Below are positions 6,895 through 13,965 of a DNA stretch of 16,650 bases, one piece after another (position 1 is the first letter of the stretch; the number at the start of each line of letters is the position of its first letter). Origin of the DNA: a virus (lineage: Duplodnaviria > Heunggongvirae > Uroviricota > Caudoviricetes); IMG/VR virus record IMGVR_UViG_2737471869_000028, positions 1-16,650 of that record; one strand, given 5' to 3'. The notes under the pieces were generated by a model. It worked only from the letters and a program-made list of their open reading frames with translations. It made no database searches and was not told the DNA's origin. Made by a program: the position numbers and the translations under genes.

Positions 6895-7278
6895 ATGACA
6901 CGCAGAACTCAGTTCAAAGGCAATTCTCGTTCTCGTCGTCGTGAGCGTTTAAAGGCAAAGGCATTAGCTAACGGCGTACTGGCCCGCGAAGAAGCAATAA
7001 GTTCAGAAGTATTACACCGCCCAACTCTAAGTAGAGCGCAGATTCAGGCTAAAGGTACTCACGAAACGCCTGATCGCATAGAAGACGCTAAGCCAATTAA
7101 GTTCATGGCACAGGACGTGATCTGGCAGCAGGAAGAATACAGACGCAATCTGGAGCGAGCGGCCATTGTGTACGCGAATGAGTTTGGACATAAGCAACCA
7201 GAAACTGGTGTATGTCTTCCAAATGTAGCTCTTTACGCGGCAGGCTACCGGAAATCCAAACAACTGACAGCAAGATGA
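6895..7278 (+). CDS. N: N-type antitermination protein (P22 gene 24-like), 128 aa from the internal ATG
   Basis: Arginine-rich motif near the N-terminus (MTRRTQFKGNSRSRRRERLKAKA); C-terminus PNVALYAAGYRKSKQLTAR parallels P22 N (PGVALYAAGHRKSKQITAR) as I recall it; ATG at 6895 has a strong CAGGAGG Shine-Dalgarno, whereas the track start at 6829 has none. Confidence 0.8.
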   Translation: MTRRTQFKGNSRSRRRERLKAKALANGVLAREEAISSEVLHRPTLSRAQIQAKGTHETPDRIEDAKPIKFMAQDVIWQQEEYRRNLERAAIVYANEFGHKQPETGVCLPNVALYAAGYRKSKQLTAR

Positions 7279-7336
7279 CTTGTGTTGGTCGCCAGAAAAT
7301 GAAATTAGGCAGCAAACCACTTATTTGAGGTGATAT

Positions 7337-7807
7337 ATGACAAAATCATGGAGCGTACCTTTTCCTGAATCAGAAACTGAACATGATGGAATGCCTGTTT
7401 TCTGGAGATTCCAGGCGACAGTTGAAGAAGATGGGATAAAAATATTCGCACTTCAATATATAGCTTTTCATCAGACAGAGCATTATGCATGGTTGGTTCC
7501 TGCGCATTGGATTGTTAATTTTAAACCAGCACCAAATCAGTGGTTACAGGAATGGAAACAAAGGAGAAATAGATATGCAATTAAGAAAGTAGCAAAAAAT
7601 GCAGAAAGATCTTTTGCATTCCCAACGAAGAAACTTGCCATTGAAAGTTTATTGCGCCGGAAGAAATACCATTTAATGAGAATCAAACAAGATTTGGCTG
7701 TTGTATCAACTCTTGTTGATGGTATGAAGAATATTGATACATCAACACCAGATATTGAATATAACTTTGGACACAACCAAGAAACAGAAAATTGGGTATT
7801 TTATTAG
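7337..7807 (+). CDS. Hypothetical protein (156 aa), AT-rich accessory gene immediately downstream of N
   Basis: ORF with GAGGTGA Shine-Dalgarno; no recognisable motif; occupies the ral/sieB-like position of the pL operon; composition looks AT-rich by eye. Confidence 0.5.
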   Translation: MTKSWSVPFPESETEHDGMPVFWRFQATVEEDGIKIFALQYIAFHQTEHYAWLVPAHWIVNFKPAPNQWLQEWKQRRNRYAIKKVAKNAERSFAFPTKKLAIESLLRRKKYHLMRIKQDLAVVSTLVDGMKNIDTSTPDIEYNFGHNQETENWVFY

Positions 7808-7911
7808 TACGAATAAGCACTGTGTATTCATTCCAACGAGTGAATACACGGAGCAATGTCGCTCGTAACTAAACAGGAGCCGACTTGTTCTGATTATTTG
7901 AAATCTTCTTT

Positions 7912-7936
7912 GCCCTCCAGTGTGAGGGCCTTTTTA
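7912..7936 (+). terminator. Rho-independent terminator (tL1-like) between the post-N gene and cIII
   Basis: Stem GCCCTC/GAGGGC (7912-7917 / 7924-7929) with 6-nt loop followed by CTTTTTAT. Confidence 0.5.
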
Positions 7937-8001
7937 TATGCATACCAATAACGCTTCACTCGAGGCGTTTTCGTTATGCAATCAAACAGAAGGAGCATCC
8001 T

Positions 8002-8172
8002 ATGCAACAGTTCGCTATTGCAGGGGCGGCATCGGTTCGCCCTTTCAACCCGATTTTATCGGTGCAGCATTCACGAAAAAACATTTTAACCGGAGCAGAC
8101 TTTAAACAACCAAGAATGAAAAGTTTGCTCGAAAAGCTTTGGGATATTTTGAAACAACAAGGCCGTCCATGA
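8002..8172 (+). CDS. cIII: CIII-like protein (FtsH-inhibitor family), 56 aa, below the ORF-track cutoff
   Basis: MQQFAIAGAA...SLLEKLWDILKQQGRP parallels lambda CIII (MQYAIAGWPVAG...RLIDILNQPGVP) as I recall it; AAGGAG Shine-Dalgarno 5 nt upstream of the ATG. Confidence 0.55.
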   Translation: MQQFAIAGAASVRPFNPILSVQHSRKNILTGADFKQPRMKSLLEKLWDILKQQGRP

Positions 8173-8276
8173 GTTTTACAGATAACTGGTCAGACGAAGA
8201 ATTCATTCGTCAGATGAACAAAATGCTCAATCAGCACAAAGAACAGGAGAAAGATGATGATTCTGACTCTGAATGA
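8169..8276 (+). CDS. Small ORF (35 aa) in the kil position
   Basis: ATGA overlap with the cIII-like stop (8169-8172); acidic C-terminus; weak ribosome binding site. Confidence 0.3.
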   Translation: MSFTDNWSDEEFIRQMNKMLNQHKEQEKDDDSDSE

Positions 8277-8565
8277 TAAGCGTGAAATATCGCAAATAAT
8301 CGCAAGTTTTACTGATGAAGATTACGAGCGAATCAACAGTGAAGTTGATCGCCTCTGCAAACGTTGCGACCCAATAAGCGAAATGCTTCGCTCATATAAA
8401 CCAGATGAACACACTAAGGACGCTATCGACTGGCTGGAAGATGATGACTGTAACTATCAGGAAAAAGCCGCTGAATGGTTCTGGGATGCAATAACCGAAA
8501 GAGTTAAGGCTGAATATGCCTTCGCAATATTCAAACGCAGACACATTTTTGGAGAAGCAGCATGA
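8254..8565 (+). CDS. Hypothetical protein (103 aa) upstream of recT
   Basis: ORF with AGGAGAAAG Shine-Dalgarno; its stop overlaps the recT start (ATGA at 8562-8565). Confidence 0.5.
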   Translation: MMILTLNDKREISQIIASFTDEDYERINSEVDRLCKRCDPISEMLRSYKPDEHTKDAIDWLEDDDCNYQEKAAEWFWDAITERVKAEYAFAIFKRRHIFGEAA

Positions 8566-9473
8566 GCAATATCGTTGAATTCGTTAAACAGCAAGAGCAG
8601 TTATTCTGCGGAGCATTGACTGAACAGACGGTGACATGGGCTAAGGAAAGCCAGTTTGCAATTCAGTATTTCCAGAAAAATGATTACCTGGCTAAAACAG
8701 CACTGGCAAATCCAACCAGCGCACAGAACGCCATCATCAATGTTGCGGCGATCGGCATCACCTTAAACCCGGCTAGCAAACTGGCTTATCTAGTTCCGCG
8801 CGACGGCATGGTGTGCCTTGATATCAGTTACATGGGATTGCTCCATATTGCAATGGAGTCTGGTGTTATCTCATGGGGTCAGGCAAAACTTGTTCATGCT
8901 AACGATACCTATGAGTCAAACGGGCTTGATAAAGCACCAACCCATAAATACAACGCCTTCGGTGATCGTGGTGATATCGTTGGCGTTTACTGCACAGTTA
9001 AGACGCCGGCAGGTGATTATCTAACGGAAGAGATGAGTCTGGCTGAAATTGAGGCTGTAAGGAAAACAAGCAAGGCAGCATTCAGCGATAAAGGACCATG
9101 GGTAAATCACTGGAATGAGATGGCGCGAAAGACGGTCGTAAAGCGTGCAAGCAAGTATTGGCCTAAGGCATCACGTCTTGATAGTGCTATTCACGTACTA
9201 AACGAAGAAGAAGGTGTATGGACTGAACCAGTTATGCCGCACAAATCAGAGGAAGATATCCGCGAAGATGAACGGAAACGCCAGCAGGAAATAACGGATA
9301 AAGCACAACTTCTTTGTGATGAAATGGCTCAGGCAGAAAACATGGATGATTTGAAGCGATATTTTGCAGAAGCATATCGCCTGACATCTGGAATGAAATT
9401 GCAGCAGAACATACAAGCCATTTACATAGAATGCAAAGCGAAACTGGAGGTTGCCAGTGAGCAAACTGTATGA
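8562..9473 (+). CDS. recT: RecT-family single-strand annealing protein
   Basis: 303 aa; GPWVNHWNEMARKTVVKRASKYWP matches the Rac RecT region GPWVTHWEEMAKKTAIRRLFKYLP as I recall it. Confidence 0.85.
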   Translation: MSNIVEFVKQQEQLFCGALTEQTVTWAKESQFAIQYFQKNDYLAKTALANPTSAQNAIINVAAIGITLNPASKLAYLVPRDGMVCLDISYMGLLHIAMESGVISWGQAKLVHANDTYESNGLDKAPTHKYNAFGDRGDIVGVYCTVKTPAGDYLTEEMSLAEIEAVRKTSKAAFSDKGPWVNHWNEMARKTVVKRASKYWPKASRLDSAIHVLNEEEGVWTEPVMPHKSEEDIREDERKRQQEITDKAQLLCDEMAQAENMDDLKRYFAEAYRLTSGMKLQQNIQAIYIECKAKLEVASEQTV

Positions 9474-9939
9474 AATAGCTAATGAATACGCAAAATTGAT
9501 GGATTCAGATTTAGAACCAGAGATGATTGCTGACACAATAGAAGGCATGGAAGGAGAATTTACCGATAAAATAGAGCAACTTCTTTCCGTCATTAAAAAT
9601 GAATCTGGTTATGCTGAACGCCTCAAGGAAGAGGCAAAGTCACTGAATGAGCGAGCCGCAGTAATTCAAAATAAGATTGACAGCATCAAATCATATATAG
9701 CGTCATCGCTTGAAATGGTTGGCAAGAAAAATATTCGAGCAGGTATTCACCAGGTAACAATCCGCAAACCGTCAGAAATTGTAGAAATCATCGACTCAAG
9801 CGCCCTTCCTCCTGAATACGTTGAGTTTGAAACGACAATTAAAGCCGACAAACTGGCAATCAAGCACCAACTAAAAGCAGGAATAAATATCCCAGGCGCT
9901 CAACTCAAGGTTGGGAAACCTTCACTTCTTATCAAATAA
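9457..9939 (+). CDS. Coiled-coil recombination-associated protein (Gp157-like / Gam-like), probable GTG start
   Basis: About 160 aa with a helical N-terminal half and beta-rich C-terminal half, the architecture of siphovirus Gp157-family proteins commonly found beside RecT; GGAGG Shine-Dalgarno 6 nt upstream of the GTG at 9457 (the track uses TTG at 9451). Confidence 0.4.
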   Translation: MSKLYEIANEYAKLMDSDLEPEMIADTIEGMEGEFTDKIEQLLSVIKNESGYAERLKEEAKSLNERAAVIQNKIDSIKSYIASSLEMVGKKNIRAGIHQVTIRKPSEIVEIIDSSALPPEYVEFETTIKADKLAIKHQLKAGINIPGAQLKVGKPSLLIK

Positions 9940-9950
9940 CGGTATCGCCT

Positions 9951-10265
9951 ATGAAAAAGACTCCATGGGAGAAATGGGAAGTCGATTTCTTGCGCGAAGT
10001 AGCGGCGACAATGCCAGTTGAAGTTATCGCTGAAAAACTGGAAAGGACTGAAAAAGCAGTAATGGCGAAAGCAACAAGGATTGGCGCTGACATTGTTAGC
10101 CGACTTCGTGGAAGACGATGGACAAGAGCCGAAGTATCACTTTTCGGTAAGTTCTCCGCGGAAGAAATAGCAATTGCAACCTGCCGCTCAATTTATTCAG
10201 TAAGAGCTATGCGATACAAGCTAAAAAAACTCGATGAAGAAAGAGCAGGCATACGAATAAATTAA
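9951..10265 (+). CDS. Hypothetical protein with two tandem helix-turn-helix-like repeats (104 aa)
   Basis: Internal repeat: W-x-x-W-EVDFL...EVIAEKLERTEKAV and W-TRAEVSLF...EIAIATCRSIYSV; basic C-terminus. Confidence 0.45.
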   Translation: MKKTPWEKWEVDFLREVAATMPVEVIAEKLERTEKAVMAKATRIGADIVSRLRGRRWTRAEVSLFGKFSAEEIAIATCRSIYSVRAMRYKLKKLDEERAGIRIN

Positions 10266-10281
10266 CATGGAGTAATTAACA

Positions 10282-10563
10282 ATGAAGCTAAACATCGACC
10301 TCGGAAAATACGTTATTACCGGAACCAAACACGATCTGATTCTTAGCGAAAGAGGAATTATCAAAGAAGGCGAGAATGCAGGGAAAGAAACACTAAGCCG
10401 TATCGGTTATTACAGCAAGTTTGAGCATCTGGTTAAAGAGTTATGCAACCGTGAAATCCTGTTATCTCAGGCGCAGACGCTACAGGATATTCAGCAGCAT
10501 ATCGAGACTTTAGGTGTGTCACTTAGCATGGCTATTGACCAGTTCGTGGAGAGTAAATCATGA
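10282..10563 (+). CDS. Hypothetical protein (93 aa)
   Basis: ORF with GGAG Shine-Dalgarno; its stop overlaps the next small ORF start (ATGA at 10560-10563). Confidence 0.45.
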   Translation: MKLNIDLGKYVITGTKHDLILSERGIIKEGENAGKETLSRIGYYSKFEHLVKELCNREILLSQAQTLQDIQQHIETLGVSLSMAIDQFVESKS

Positions 10564-10727
10564 GAGGACTTGCATACAATCCCGGCATTCTTCCGGCAGA
10601 AATGATTATTCGCCAGCGCGTAAAGCCAATGCCATCGAGAGAGGAATTGCTTAAGAGAAAGAGTTTCGGTTCTGTTAATGGCAACAAATATCTTAATGCG
10701 ATGTGGCGCAAAGGAGGCAACCAGTGA
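10560..10727 (+). CDS. Small ORF (55 aa), below the ORF-track cutoff
   Basis: Begins at the ATGA overlap with the previous gene and ends with a TGA overlapping the GTG start of the Ea22-like gene (GTGA at 10724-10727). Confidence 0.35.
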   Translation: MRGLAYNPGILPAEMIIRQRVKPMPSREELLKRKSFGSVNGNKYLNAMWRKGGNQ

Positions 10728-11413
10728 GCAAGATTGATTATCAGGCACTGCGTGCTAAGGCAGAAAAAGCAACGTGTGGCGAGTGGTCGCTCGAATATGG
10801 AGAGGGCCGATTTGATGGTGATGATGCGCTAATTCATCGCGAGGCTGCTGGATATATTCCCATTTGCAGAATTGAAGGAGCGCATCCTGAAAGCGGTTTC
10901 GATGAAGATTTCCAAATGGAACAGCAGGCCAATGCTGAATTCATCGCCGCAGCCAATCCAGCTACCGTCTTGGCGCTGCTGGATGAGCTGGAAAGAAACC
11001 AGCAATACATAAAACGCCGCGATCAGGAGAACGAGGAAATTGCGCTAACTGTAGGGAAGCTGCGTGTTGAGCTGGAAGCCGCAGAGAAGCGCAACGCAAA
11101 ATTACAAAGCGAGAATGCATACATCCGCAACCGGTTCAAAGAGCTGGACCTGTTAATCGGGAAAAACATTCTGGTCATGCAGGCTGCGATTATCGAATGG
11201 CAGGCAACTGGCGACGCTAAAAGCGGACTGGCATGGATTTATAACACACTGTTTGGCCCAGGCGAATTGCCGGACGAATCTGAGAAAGATGCTCAGGCCT
11301 ACTTTAATCGCAAATATGCACCGATTGACGAAAAGCTTATGGAGCTTCACAAGTGGTTTTGGGAACAAAGTGAAGCCGAGCGCGCCGCTGGCATTCGCAT
11401 CAAAGGAGAGTGA
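10724..11413 (+). CDS. Ead/Ea22-like protein, GTG start
   Basis: N-terminus [20 protein letters not shown] is the typical Ead/Ea22 start; AAGGAGG Shine-Dalgarno 6 nt upstream of the GTG at 10724; coiled-coil central region. Confidence 0.65.
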   Translation: MSKIDYQALRAKAEKATCGEWSLEYGEGRFDGDDALIHREAAGYIPICRIEGAHPESGFDEDFQMEQQANAEFIAAANPATVLALLDELERNQQYIKRRDQENEEIALTVGKLRVELEAAEKRNAKLQSENAYIRNRFKELDLLIGKNILVMQAAIIEWQATGDAKSGLAWIYNTLFGPGELPDESEKDAQAYFNRKYAPIDEKLMELHKWFWEQSEAERAAGIRIKGE

Positions 11414-11414
11414 T

Positions 11415-11780
11415 ATGGCACTGACGAAAAAACAACGTGCAGAGCTGCGCATGAAGTTCGGCGGTCGCTGTGCTTATTGCGGCTGCGAACTTCGCGAAAA
11501 GTGGCATGCAGACCATGTAAAACCGGTCATTCGTTTTGCTGGAAATATGCTTCACCAGGAACGTGACGATATATCCAACATGGTTCCGGCATGCCACCCA
11601 TGCAATCTGCACAAGCATTGCAGTAGCCTGGAAGATTATCGGCGAATTATCAGTGATGGGCGTCGTGAATTCCTTGCGTCCGGGAAAGGCAAAGCGCTGG
11701 TTCGTATGGGATTGGTTGAAATGAAATCTGACCCGGTTGTGTTCTGGTTTGAAAAATATCAAGAAGGGGCTACGGCATGA
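11415..11780 (+). CDS. HNH endonuclease-family protein (122 aa from the internal ATG)
   Basis: CAYCGCEL...WHADHVKPV...NMVPACHPCNLHK gives the Cys-rich HNH motif; AAAGGAG Shine-Dalgarno before the ATG at 11415; the track ORF start at 11253 lies inside the Ea22-like gene. Confidence 0.75.
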   Translation: MALTKKQRAELRMKFGGRCAYCGCELREKWHADHVKPVIRFAGNMLHQERDDISNMVPACHPCNLHKHCSSLEDYRRIISDGRREFLASGKGKALVRMGLVEMKSDPVVFWFEKYQEGATA

Positions 11781-12463
11781 CCACTATTACCAAAGAACGC
11801 CTGCTGACAATCCAGCAGTGGCGCGAAACATATGGACTGGGTAGCAACGTTGTACTGCCAGCAGAAGAAGCGGAAGAACTGGCACGAATTGCGCTGGCAT
11901 CGCTGGAAGCGGAGCCTGTTGCTTATATTTTCAAACATCCGGCCGGGAAATTATTCTGGGCTTTAACAGATGAAAGCAATAAAGAGCAAGCGGACGTTAT
12001 TCCTGTTTATGCTGCCGCGCCTGCGTCGGTTGTGCCGGATAATGCATCAGAGCCTCTTGCTTATGCTTACAAAGAGCTTACGCCTGAGATTATGCGCAAC
12101 CATTTAGCTGTATTCGAGCGATATGGAATAGCCCCAAACGATAGCTCTACCACAATTCAGGCACTGCGAATCGCGCTGGATGGTATAGAGCGGAGCGACG
12201 CCATGCTTCATGGTGCCGAACCTGTAAGCCAAACTTACAAGTTTCCAGTTAATACACCTTGCCAAGATGCGCCAGCCCATATCTGGCTGCAAACAGCTGG
12301 AGTATGGCCAGAAGATGGCGAGTTGAGCGAATTAACGTGGTGCAGCCACAATCAGCACCATGATGACACGCTATATGTTCGAGCTGACTTGGTAAATGGC
12401 AATTCTCCGGTAACTCCGGATGGTTGGATAAGCTGTAGTGAGCGAATGCCAAAAGATGGTTAG
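11777..12463 (+). CDS. DUF551-family protein, N-terminal 228 aa, ending at an in-frame TAG that interrupts the DUF551 domain
   Basis: ATGA overlap with the HNH stop; the protein ends WISCSERMPKDG at the TAG (12461-12463), and the same frame continues to 12625 encoding the remainder of the DUF551 C-terminal signature. Confidence 0.55.
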   Translation: MTTITKERLLTIQQWRETYGLGSNVVLPAEEAEELARIALASLEAEPVAYIFKHPAGKLFWALTDESNKEQADVIPVYAAAPASVVPDNASEPLAYAYKELTPEIMRNHLAVFERYGIAPNDSSTTIQALRIALDGIERSDAMLHGAEPVSQTYKFPVNTPCQDAPAHIWLQTAGVWPEDGELSELTWCSHNQHHDDTLYVRADLVNGNSPVTPDGWISCSERMPKDG

Positions 12464-12624
12464 CACGTAATTATTTTATGTGATGGCGCATTCGTTCTTT
12501 ATGCGCAATATCGAGACAGTGAGTTTTTTGATGTTGTCCGCAATGGTGAGGAGTTCTTCGAAACGCAGAGCCGCAATGTAACCCACTGGGTGCCGCTACC
12601 GGAGCCACCGCAGGAGGTGAAGTG

Positions 12625-12909
12625 ATGGACTCCTTCGCGAAATATACGATTATTGACTGGATAACCTTCCTTCAGGTTTTGCTCATCTGGTTTTATATGG
12701 CTTACAGGAGTGGACAGTGGATTGTCAGTGTAGCCTGTAGCAAGGGATGGCGTTGGTGGAACAGAAAGAATAAAAAAGCACTGGCATTGGATTCGCTTTA
12801 CGAAGCATTCAATCTTAACAGTCTTCAGCCTGGTTCTGTCATTGTAGTCACCACTCAAAGCGGCATGACGATACAAATTCACAAGCCAAAGGAGGAAGGT
12901 CGTGGCTAA
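12625..12909 (+). CDS. Small membrane protein (94 aa)
   Basis: N-terminal hydrophobic helix (YTIIDWITFLQVLLIWFYMAY); the ATG at 12625 overlaps the TGA that closes the DUF551 reading frame. Confidence 0.45.
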   Translation: MDSFAKYTIIDWITFLQVLLIWFYMAYRSGQWIVSVACSKGWRWWNRKNKKALALDSLYEAFNLNSLQPGSVIVVTTQSGMTIQIHKPKEEGRG

Positions 12910-13012
12910 CCTGCAACTTGCCGTCAAAGGTGAATACTTCACAGATAGTTTCCCCCAAATTTGGGGAAAATCCCGAATGGCGCGGCTTACAGCAAGATAA
13001 GGCCTACATGAT

Positions 13013-13042
13013 TTGACAAATCCGCATTAACGGGGCTATATT
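13013..13042 (+). promoter_or_regulatory. Sigma70-type promoter upstream of the antirepressor gene
   Basis: TTGACA (13013-13018), 18-bp spacer, TATATT (13037-13042). Confidence 0.5.
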
Positions 13043-13256
13043 CCGCTTCATGGTGCTGAACACACCTTCGAAAGCGGAAACCGCACCCGTCAGTCATGCG
13101 GATTTTTTATGTCCATTTTTCAGATATGGTCGGGTAGCGCGTATACCGAAAAACAGCCGCAAGGCTAAGGATGCGGGCCGAACTTTCGACGGTGTTCAAG
13201 TACCTGACCACCCTGCTGAACACAGGGTAATCTGAACGAATCGAAAGGACATAAAA

Positions 13257-13880
13257 ATGACCAGTCAACTCATCCCCGTATTCAACGGCACTATCGCCAA
13301 CGAAACAGCCCTACTCTGCAATGCCCGCGATCTGCATGCTTTTTTAGGCGTGAAAAAGGTGTTTGCGGCATGGATTACAAATCGCATTTCAGAATACGAA
13401 TTCATTGAAAATCAAGACTATATTTTGCTTTCCAATTTGGGAAAGCAAACATCTGGTAGAGGCGGTCACAACCGCAAGGATTACCACCTCACCCTCGACA
13501 CAGCCAAAGAACTGGCGATGGTGGAGCGCAACGAAAAAGGCCGCCAGATACGCCGATACTTCATCGAGTGCGAGAAAAAACTTCGCAGCATGCAACCAGC
13601 GCAGCAATTCACAGACGAGGAAATCATCCTCCTTTGCTACATGCAGGTACAGATGGAGAATGCGCAGGACATCTGCAAACGCCTGTACCCGATAATGAAG
13701 GAACTTAACTCATCATACGCGAGTAAGCTGTATGACATTGCGTTTGAAACCTTCTATGCGGTGACGAAAAACAGAGATGTACTGCTCAGGGAGGCGACAC
13801 GACTTGACCAGACAAGCGCCGTTTTCGAACGGGCAAGACCAATGTTAAAAAGCCTTCGGGCGAGACAATTCGAATTTTAA
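13257..13880 (+). CDS. Antirepressor-like protein (AntA/Bro-N-type N-terminal domain)
   Basis: 207 aa; N-terminal region (LLCNARDLHAFLGVKKVFAAWITNRISEYEFIENQDYILL...TLDTAKELAM) has the pattern of phage antirepressor N-terminal domains; AAGGA Shine-Dalgarno; own promoter and terminator. Confidence 0.6.
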   Translation: MTSQLIPVFNGTIANETALLCNARDLHAFLGVKKVFAAWITNRISEYEFIENQDYILLSNLGKQTSGRGGHNRKDYHLTLDTAKELAMVERNEKGRQIRRYFIECEKKLRSMQPAQQFTDEEIILLCYMQVQMENAQDICKRLYPIMKELNSSYASKLYDIAFETFYAVTKNRDVLLREATRLDQTSAVFERARPMLKSLRARQFEF

Positions 13881-13884
13881 TCAT

Positions 13885-13908
13885 CAAAGGAGCTTCGGCT
13901 CCTTTTTT
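13885..13908 (+). terminator. Rho-independent terminator downstream of the antirepressor gene
   Basis: Stem AGGAGC/GCTCCT (13888-13893 / 13898-13903) with UUCG tetraloop, followed by TTTTT. Confidence 0.7.
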
Positions 13909-13965
13909 GTTGGAGAAAAATCAACCACTACTCGTTCCCTTGCGAGTAATTGCGGAGACTTTGCG

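Noticed and set aside
7027-7776. Minus-strand ORFs 7027-7320, 7103-7315, 7305-7490 and 7537-7776
   Set aside because: All antisense to N or the 156-aa gene, which belong to the plus-strand pL operon; no promoter or ribosome binding site signals.
8818-9593. ORFs 8818-9024 (+) and 9246-9593 (-) within or antisense to recT and the Gp157-like gene
   Set aside because: Alternative-frame or antisense ORFs inside well-supported genes.
10491-11762. Minus-strand ORFs 10491-10748, 10532-10720, 11153-11452, 11400-11762 and plus-strand 11536-11724; also the extended starts 10703 and 11253 in the track
   Set aside because: Antisense or out-of-frame relative to the Ea22-like and HNH genes. The long track starts lack ribosome binding sites and overlap upstream genes, whereas the internal starts (GTG 10724, ATG 11415) have strong Shine-Dalgarno sequences.
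12104-12942. Minus-strand ORFs 12104-12292, 12249-12452 and 12499-12942
   Set aside because: Antisense to the DUF551 gene and the small membrane-protein gene; translations are low-complexity.
12952-12975. Palindrome CCCCAAATTTGGGG as an intrinsic terminator
   Set aside because: No U-run follows on either strand; retained only as a candidate protein-binding site.
13200-13230. Possible LexA (SOS) box controlling the antirepressor
   Set aside because: CCCTGCTGAACACAGGG superficially resembles CTG-N10-CAG, but the spacing and flanks do not fit the CTGT-N8-ACAG consensus. The covarying stems favour an RNA hairpin interpretation.
13050-13235. Plus-strand 61-aa ORF in the ant leader
   Set aside because: No ribosome binding site and it spans the predicted hairpins and U-run; better explained as non-coding regulatory leader.
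13363-13695. ORFs 13363-13695 (+) and 13389-13607 (-) inside the antirepressor gene
   Set aside because: Alternative-frame or antisense frames within a supported coding region.
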